A stretch of DNA of 64,000 bases, taken from NCBI GenBank assembly GCA_965243135.1, contig OZ251539.1, forward strand, positions 4,448,001 through 4,512,000, written 5' to 3'. The number at the start of each line of letters is the position of its first letter. Position 1 is the first letter of the stretch. This stretch comes from Alphaproteobacteria bacterium. GTDB lineage: Bacteria > Pseudomonadota > Alphaproteobacteria > MPNO01 > UBA830. Under the pieces are notes generated by a model. It was not told the origin of the DNA. It searched no databases and worked only from the letters and a program-made list of their open reading frames with translations. This document shows positions 57,932 to 64,000 of this stretch, in pieces. Both the position numbers and the translations under genes were made by a program.

Positions 57932-58777
57932 TTCCGCTTCCTCTGCTGTCGGTCACGAGCGAGGGTCTATAGACCCTTGCGCTCTCCAGCGGAACCATTG
58001 GCAGTCGATCGGCCGTTTCTTCCGCGCTGTCGCTAGGCGAGGCCGCGCTTGTCACCCGGCACCCCTGAACGATGCCATAAGTCGGCTCCGTCCGCCAAGA
58101 ACCTACGTTCGCGTTCTTCGGCGACATGTGTTTATTGTGAACGGCGGAGGATCGCATGCCTTGGGAAGCGCCATCTTCCTCAAGGACCGGACTGAACTGC
58201 GCGCCCGATTGGCCGACAACGCGAACCTGTTCCCGTGCTTCGACCAACGACCTTGCAAGCTGCGTTCGCAGCGGCCGCGCGAACCCTGCAGCCGGTCGGC
58301 GCCTTCTCGAACGGGATCCGCCTCGCCCGGCCGACCGTCGCCATCGACGCAGAAACCCTCGTCGCGTTCTCAACCGCGAAGAGTATTGCTGGGTGCGGTC
58401 CCGGAAACTGCCGCCCGAGATTCGCGAAGCTGCGTTCCTGCCAACCTGAGGCGGTATGCGAGCGAAAAACGGGAGAAGGCGCTGCGGCCGGCGAACCGAA
58501 TAGAACCGGTTTCCCGAACGGTCAGCCCGTCGTCCGAAACCCCTCCGGGTCTGCAAGGGCGGGGAATTCGTCCCGGGAAACGGGAAGCGACGGATGGAAT
58601 TCGGCGCGAGGCTCGTACCGGCATCGAGTTGGGGAGCGCAGGAAAAACGCTGTCGCGAAAACGGGATGTCGACGGCGCGCAACCGCTCCCGAACCAACCG
58701 ATGGCGTCGCTCGCGCAGCGGCGAAGAGCGGAACATGATTCTCGGATCCGCTTGGCAATCCCCCAGTCTGCCGGATC

Positions 58778-59182
58778 CTAGGGAATTTTCTTTCTTCCCT
58801 TGTCCTCAAGCCAGTAATTTCCTTTTTCGTCTTTGTGCAATTTTCCACCGATGAGTAAATCTCTTCTGTTAAACTCACGGATACTTCTCGGTTTCGAGTT
58901 CACGTTGACCGGCTCGCATAAAATACCAAATGCAGCCGCACCCTGAGTTATCAATTTAACGTGTTCCAGCCTTTCGTTATATCCGGGCTTACCTTGAGTA
59001 TTTCCGTGATCCGTCAATCGCACGAACTGTTTTCCATCGAACTTCTCGACCTGATCCGTCCAGACCCTCAGATAGACGTCGCCATTTTTGGAAACCCCGC
59101 CCCAAGACCACCGCCAGTTCTTCAACTTCACACCGAGATATGAGAACGCTTTGGTAATCTTTACACGTTCCGGGATCGACAT
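58778..59182 (-). CDS. Hypothetical AT-rich accessory protein (N.RWSWG motif)
   Basis: RBS AAGGAGG before ATG 59182; low GC relative to flanks. Confidence 0.7.
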   Translation of the reverse strand: MSIPERVKITKAFSYLGVKLKNWRWSWGGVSKNGDVYLRVWTDQVEKFDGKQFVRLTDHGNTQGKPGYNERLEHVKLITQGAAAFGILCEPVNVNSKPRSIREFNRRDLLIGGKLHKDEKGNYWLEDKGRKKIP

Positions 59183-59500
59183 GTTGCCCTCCTTCGTTGC
59201 GCCGGATTCCGGGAACCCATCGGTTTTGGAGAACCTCAAGGAGCGGTATTGTCGCAACCAGATTCATTCCATAGGTCGCGTTCATACTCCGATCGGCGCG
59301 CGGCCTGCGGGCTTGCCGGAAACCGTCGCCGACGGGCGCGTTCATGCGCGGTTAGACGACCGCGATGCAAGCCGCCATCATCGCCCCGCCTCCGCCGCGA
59401 GGGGGGCCGTCACCATGCTGCCGGTCGAGCGAACCGTTTCGGCCGGCGCGCGTTCGCTCCGCTGCAAGGTTTCATCGGACATCCGCGCCCCGAAGGCGCA

Positions 59501-59692
59501 TCAAAGAACCGTGACGTTGTCCGGTTCGCAGCCGAGCCAGCGACGGCAGGCGGCGCGCCCTCCGGTTTCGGCGCTTTCGAGCGAGTCGTACGGGCCGTCC
59601 ATGCGCTCGCGTTCGCCGTCCCGCCAGATCGACCACAACCATTCCTCCGGTCCGTCGCGCCGGGACCACCGTTCGATCATCATCTCGATCAT
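59501..59692 (-). CDS. Small hypothetical protein coupled to cobB
   Basis: ATGA overlap with the cobB stop; Trp-rich 63 aa. Confidence 0.6.
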   Translation of the reverse strand: MIEMMIERWSRRDGPEEWLWSIWRDGERERMDGPYDSLESAETGGRAACRRWLGCEPDNVTVL

Positions 59693-61044
59693 TCTTCCCG
59701 CCTCCCGCGCCGCTTATGGGCAGCGTCCGCATCGATGTCAATCGGACGCGCGTCGATAAGGTGGACGAAGGACCCCATCACGTTGTCCCGGCGGAGGCCG
59801 CCGCGGCCGAGCGGCGCGCCGACTGCGTCGCGCACCCTGAACAAAGGATCCGCGCAGCCCTCCCGAATGACGCTCGCGTAGTGGAACTCATGCGCGCCGA
59901 ACGTTCCGCCTTCAGGGCCCAACGGTCCGGCAGCCGCCAGTTCCGCCTGGCGGTAACCCAGATGGAGGCTTCGTTCGGCCATGGAGGAATCGAGCGGCAA
60001 CAGGCCCGCCATGCGGTGCGCCGCGCCGTCGGCATCCGCCAAGATTTCTCCCAGCGCCATGTAGCCGCCGCATTCGCCGTAGACGATCGCGCCGCGGGTT
60101 CCGGCCCGGCGCAGGCCGTCGAGGAAAGCGCCGTTCGCCGCCAGCCGACCGGCGTGCAGTTCGGGGTAGCCGCCCGGCAGGTATACGGCGTCCGCCGCGG
60201 CGTCCGGCGGTTCGTCGGCGAGCGGCGAGAACGGGACGATTTCCGCGCCGGCGCGCCGCCATCCGTCCAGGACATGGGGATAGGAAAAGCGGAACGCGTC
60301 GTCCGACGCGACCGCGACGCGCTGTCCGAGCGGCGGCAACGGCGGCGCCGACGTTCCGCCGGGAAGAACGTCGACGGCGCGAAGCAGCGCGCGGAACGCC
60401 TCCAGGTCGAGACGGGCGGCGACCAGATCCGCGGCCGCTTCGATAAAGGTCTCGAGGGCCGGCGTTTCGCTCGCCTGCACGAGGCCCAGATGGCGGCTCG
60501 GAAGGGCGATGCCGGCGGCGCGAGGCAGGCAACCGACAACCGGCGCGTCGAGCGGCTCCATGGCCGCGCGCAACATCGCGGCATGACGGTCGCCGCCGAC
60601 GCGGTTGAAGACGACGCCGGCCACGCGAACGTCCGCGCGCCAGCTCGCGAACCCGTGAACGACCGCCGCCGCGGATTGCGCCTGCGCCGCCGCGTCGACG
60701 ACAAGCAAGACCGGAAGGCCGAGCGTCGCGGCGAGGTCGGCCGTCGACCCTCCCGGCGGACCGTCGAACAATCCCATCACGCCTTCGCCGATCACGACTC
60801 CGGCGTCCTCCGCAGCTTCGCTGAACAGCGCCGCCAGCGTTTCGGGGCGCATGGCCCAACCGTCGAGATTGAGACAGGCGCGCCCCGCGGCGGCCGCGTG
60901 AAAGGCGGGATCGATGTAATCCGGTCCCGCCTTGAAGGAGGACACGCGCGCGCCGCTTCGCCTCAGGCAGCGCAGCAAACCGAGGGTCACCGTGGTCTTG
61001 CCGCTGCCGGAGGAAGGCGCGGCGATCACGACCCCGTCCGGCAT
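59689..61044 (-). CDS. cobB: Cobyrinate/hydrogenobyrinate a,c-diamide synthase
   Basis: SGSGKTT, KAGPDYIDP, EGVMGLFDG, PSRHLGL, GGYPELH, YGECGG, HEFHY. Confidence 0.95.
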   Translation of the reverse strand: MPDGVVIAAPSSGSGKTTVTLGLLRCLRRSGARVSSFKAGPDYIDPAFHAAAAGRACLNLDGWAMRPETLAALFSEAAEDAGVVIGEGVMGLFDGPPGGSTADLAATLGLPVLLVVDAAAQAQSAAAVVHGFASWRADVRVAGVVFNRVGGDRHAAMLRAAMEPLDAPVVGCLPRAAGIALPSRHLGLVQASETPALETFIEAAADLVAARLDLEAFRALLRAVDVLPGGTSAPPLPPLGQRVAVASDDAFRFSYPHVLDGWRRAGAEIVPFSPLADEPPDAAADAVYLPGGYPELHAGRLAANGAFLDGLRRAGTRGAIVYGECGGYMALGEILADADGAAHRMAGLLPLDSSMAERSLHLGYRQAELAAAGPLGPEGGTFGAHEFHYASVIREGCADPLFRVRDAVGAPLGRGGLRRDNVMGSFVHLIDARPIDIDADAAHKRRGRREE

Positions 61045-61871
61045 CAGCGGCGCGTCGCGGCGAGCGGATCGGAGGAGAGCGCGCGGCCCTCGATGGCTCC
61101 GGCCCAGTCGAGTCCGGACCTCAGGCGCACGACTTCGCCGACGACCACGATGGCGGGCGGCTCCAGCGCCGCCGCGTCCTCGACGCAGGCGCCGAGAGTG
61201 GTCTCGACGATCTCCTCGTCCGGCCGCGTCGCCTTGGAGACGACCGCGGCCGGTTCCCGGGCCGACCGCCCCGCGGCCAGCAACCTGTCCCGGATGGCGG
61301 CGAGATGGCGAAGCGCCATGTAGAGCACCAGCACCGGCGACGAGGCCGCGACCGCGGGCCAATCGATTCCGTCCGGGACGTCGCCCGACGCTCCGTGCCC
61401 GGTAAGGAAAGTGACGATCGAGTTCGTGTCCCGATGGGTCAGCGGTATGCCTGCGCTGGCGAGTCCGCCGATCCCGGCCGATATGCCCGGAATCACGCGG
61501 AACGGAACCCCGGCGGCGACCAGCGCCAGCGCCTCTTCGGTCCCCCTGCCGAACACGAACGGATCGCCGCCCTTGAGGCGCAGCACCCGCTTGCCGGCGC
61601 GGGCCAGCGAAACCAGCCGCGCCGAGATGTCCGGCTGCCTCGGGGAAGGGCGGCCGCCCCGCTTCCCGGCATGGACGAACTCGCAGGACGGACTCGCGAG
61701 CGAGAGAACGTCTTCGCTGACCAGGGAATCGTGGACGATCACGCCCGCCTGACGGATGCCGTTGAGCGCGTGCAGGGTGAGGAGGCCGGGATCGCCCGGC
61801 CCGGCTCCGGCCAGCCAGACCCAGCCGGGATCGAGATCGGGCAGCGGGATGGTCAGCCGTTCCATGGGCAA
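61044..61871 (-). CDS. cobA: Uroporphyrinogen-III C-methyltransferase
   Basis: GAGPGDPGLLT, RLKGGDPFVFGRG.EE, PLTHR. Confidence 0.95.
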   Translation of the reverse strand: MPMERLTIPLPDLDPGWVWLAGAGPGDPGLLTLHALNGIRQAGVIVHDSLVSEDVLSLASPSCEFVHAGKRGGRPSPRQPDISARLVSLARAGKRVLRLKGGDPFVFGRGTEEALALVAAGVPFRVIPGISAGIGGLASAGIPLTHRDTNSIVTFLTGHGASGDVPDGIDWPAVAASSPVLVLYMALRHLAAIRDRLLAAGRSAREPAAVVSKATRPDEEIVETTLGACVEDAAALEPPAIVVVGEVVRLRSGLDWAGAIEGRALSSDPLAATRR

Positions 61872-61916
61872 CGCTTAGCACATATAAGGTTCGCGCAGCA
61901 GGCAACGGATGGCGCG

Positions 61917-62987
61917 ATGTCGAGAAAACCGGCCGGCGAGCTGAGACGGGGCTGGACCACCGGCGCCTGCGCGACCGCGGCGACGAAAGCGGCCTACGCC
62001 GCCCTCCTGACCGGCGCGTTTCCCGATCCCGTCGGCATCGCCCTGCCTCGCGGACGCCGGCCCTTCTTCGCCTTGGCGGAAAGAAGCCTGGGCGAAGAAA
62101 GCGCGTCGGCCGCCGTAATCAAGGACGCGGGCGACGATCCGGACGTGACCCACGGCGCGCTGATCGCCGCCGAAGTCCGCGCCGGCGACCCCGGCTCCGG
62201 CGTCGTCTTCCGCGCGGGTCCCGGCGTGGGGACCGTCACCCGTCCGGGACTGCCGCTCGAGGTCGGCGAACCCGCGGTCAACCCGGCGCCGCGCGCCATG
62301 ATGCGCGCCGCCGTCGCGGAGGTCGCGGCGCTGCACGGCGCGCCCGGCGACGCGGAGGTGAGGCTTTCCGTGCCGGGAGGCGAAGCGCTCGCGGAGCGGA
62401 CCTGGAACCCGCGCCTCGGGATCGTCGGGGGGATTTCGATCCTCGGCACCACGGGCGTGGTCGTGCCCTATTCCTGTTCGGCCTGGATCGAGTCGATCCG
62501 GCGCGGCATCGACGTGGCGCGGGCGGCCGGCGAGCCCGTGGTCGCCGGCTGCGCCGGAGCCGTCTCCGAGGAGAGAACGCGGGAACTCCTGTCGCTGCCC
62601 GGGCACGCCATGATCGACATGGGGGATTTCGCGGGAGGCATGCTGAAATACCTTCGCGCCCGCCCGGTTCCGCTCGTCTACGTGGCCGGCGGCTTCGCCA
62701 AGATGGCCAAGCTCGCGCAGGGCGCGCTGGATCTCCATTCGTCCCGCAGCCAGGTGGATTTCGGGAGGCTTGCGGCGCTCGCGTCCGGCGCGGGCGCGAG
62801 CGCGGGGGTCTGCGAGCGGATTCGGCGCGCCGGCAGCGCCGCCGAGGCCCTCGCCCTGGCGCGCCCGCTGGGCCAGGAGGTCGCTCGGGAAGCGCGCAGG
62901 GTCGCCCGCGAGGCGGCGGAAAGCGACGGCGTAGGCGTTCTGGTCTTCGATCGCGCCGGGAACCTGGTGGGCCGCGCCGATGCCTGA
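61917..62987 (+). CDS. cbiD: Cobalt-precorrin-5B C1-methyltransferase
   Basis: LRRGWTTGACA, KDAGDDPDVTHG, NPRLGIVGGISILGTTG. Confidence 0.95.
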   Translation: MSRKPAGELRRGWTTGACATAATKAAYAALLTGAFPDPVGIALPRGRRPFFALAERSLGEESASAAVIKDAGDDPDVTHGALIAAEVRAGDPGSGVVFRAGPGVGTVTRPGLPLEVGEPAVNPAPRAMMRAAVAEVAALHGAPGDAEVRLSVPGGEALAERTWNPRLGIVGGISILGTTGVVVPYSCSAWIESIRRGIDVARAAGEPVVAGCAGAVSEERTRELLSLPGHAMIDMGDFAGGMLKYLRARPVPLVYVAGGFAKMAKLAQGALDLHSSRSQVDFGRLAALASGAGASAGVCERIRRAGSAAEALALARPLGQEVAREARRVAREAAESDGVGVLVFDRAGNLVGRADA

Positions 62988-63771
62988 CCGGCCGCGCGTC
63001 CTGATCCTCGGCGGCACCGCCGAGGCGCTGGAGCTGACGCGGGCGATCGCCGATCTCTATGCCGCGACCTACTCGCTTGCCGGGCGCACCCGGTCGCCGG
63101 CGCTGCCGGAAGGCGCGGCGCCGCGAAGCGGCGGTTTCGGCGGGGTCGACTCGCTGGCCGAATGGCTGCGGAGCAACGCGATCGACGCCCTGGTCGACGC
63201 CGCCCACCCGTTCGCGGCGCGGATCGCCGCGAACGCGGCGGAGGCCGCGGCGCGCGCCGGCGTGCCGCGGCTGAAACTGCTTCGCCCGGCGTGGACCGAA
63301 CGGCCGGGCGATCGGTGGCGGCATGCCGGGGATGCGGCGGCGGCCGCGGCGGCGTTGACGGGAGGGACCGCGTTTCTGTCGATAGGGCGTCAAGGGCTCA
63401 AGGCGTTCAGCGGATTGAACGGCGTCCGGTTCGTGGTTCGCACCGTCGAGCCGCTCGAGCGCTGCCCGTTTCCGAACGCGATCGCCGATCGCGGACCGTT
63501 CACCGTCGAGGGGGAGATCGAGCTGATGAAGCGATACGGCGTCGACACGCTGGTCAGCAAGAACGCGGGGGGGAACGCGACCTACGCCAAGATACTGGCG
63601 GCGCGAAAGCTGCGCCTGCCCGTCGTCATGATCGACCGTCCCGATTGTCCGCCGGGCGACGTCGTCGAAAGCGCCGCCGCCGCGGCCGGCTGGCTCCGGC
63701 GCCGCCTGAAAAAACGCTCCCCCGAAACCCGGCGGTCGACCGGCCCCCGCGCGTCCGGGCCTACGCCATGA
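62980..63771 (+). CDS. cobK: Precorrin-6A / cobalt-precorrin-6A reductase
   Basis: LILGGTAEA, GGFGG, DAAHPFA, RGPF, SKNAGG. Confidence 0.93.
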   Translation: MPDRPRVLILGGTAEALELTRAIADLYAATYSLAGRTRSPALPEGAAPRSGGFGGVDSLAEWLRSNAIDALVDAAHPFAARIAANAAEAAARAGVPRLKLLRPAWTERPGDRWRHAGDAAAAAAALTGGTAFLSIGRQGLKAFSGLNGVRFVVRTVEPLERCPFPNAIADRGPFTVEGEIELMKRYGVDTLVSKNAGGNATYAKILAARKLRLPVVMIDRPDCPPGDVVESAAAAAGWLRRRLKKRSPETRRSTGPRASGPTP

Positions 63772-64000
63772 GCCTCTCGGATATCGTCCCGTCGGCCTCG
63801 AGACGGACGGCGGCCAACGCGCCGCCCCGACCGCAACCGGCGTCGATGCTCACCGAATGCGGCGTTTCCACCACGCCCCGGCGCTCGGGATCGTAACCCC
63901 GCACCACGCGCTTCGCGTCGAAAAACGGCCCGTCGAGCCTGTCGAACGAAGCCGCGTCCCACCACAGCGTGTCGCCCTGGGCGTCGAGCGGCCGCCCCTT
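63761..64000 (-). CDS. 3' end of a gene entering from outside the window (possibly metallophosphoesterase-like)
   Basis: Open frame ...RVVRGYDP...SIDAGCGRGGALAA...LMA* ending at TAG 63761-63763. Confidence 0.55.
   Translation of the reverse strand, partial: KGRPLDAQGDTLWWDAASFDRLDGPFFDAKRVVRGYDPERRGVVETPHSVSIDAGCGRGGALAAVRLEADGTISERLMA

Noticed and set aside
58140-58450. Possible PIN-toxin remnant (ALGSAIFL...FPCFDQR)
   Set aside because: Similarity is too short and fragmented to call.
59689-63771. cbiD alongside cobA/cobB/cobK as a novel hybrid B12 pathway
   Set aside because: This arrangement is common in Proteobacteria. No cobalamin riboswitch fits the 45-bp divergent gap.

Overview
High-GC bacterial window. 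The cob genes, Rpn and IS content and codon style suggest an alphaproteobacterial, possibly host-associated genome (inference only). Core and catabolic genes alternate with several lower-GC accessory patches. (1) 1-3.9 kb: a Dsr1-like sirtuin defence gene missing from the ORF track because it runs off the window, plus an Abi_2/AbiF HEPN gene with an upstream hairpin. (2) A decayed IS4/IS50-like element with a DUF4338 (DruA-like) N-terminus and a 9-bp TSD. (3) A PspA/YjfI/DUF350/spermidine-synthase envelope operon. (4) An HsdR_N nuclease with a SeqA-C-like tail. (5) A tightly coupled five-gene operon, di-ubiquitin-like protein / Cys-less E2 / JAB-E1 fusion / ABC-type ATPase / PIN-like protein, which is the best candidate for a new system. 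(6) After a tRNA-fMet relic and a TTAA-flanked MITE, a decayed type I RM/TA region and an intact type III RM operon whose Res subunit ends in an antitoxin-like tail overlapping a VapC gene. (7) A self-contained GT-C mannosylation cluster (2x TMTC-like, TMEM260-like, PIG-B-like, ManC, polyprenol-P-Man synthase-GtrA). (8) An Rpn nuclease and cobalamin genes. All family calls come from motif recognition by eye; no searches were run.
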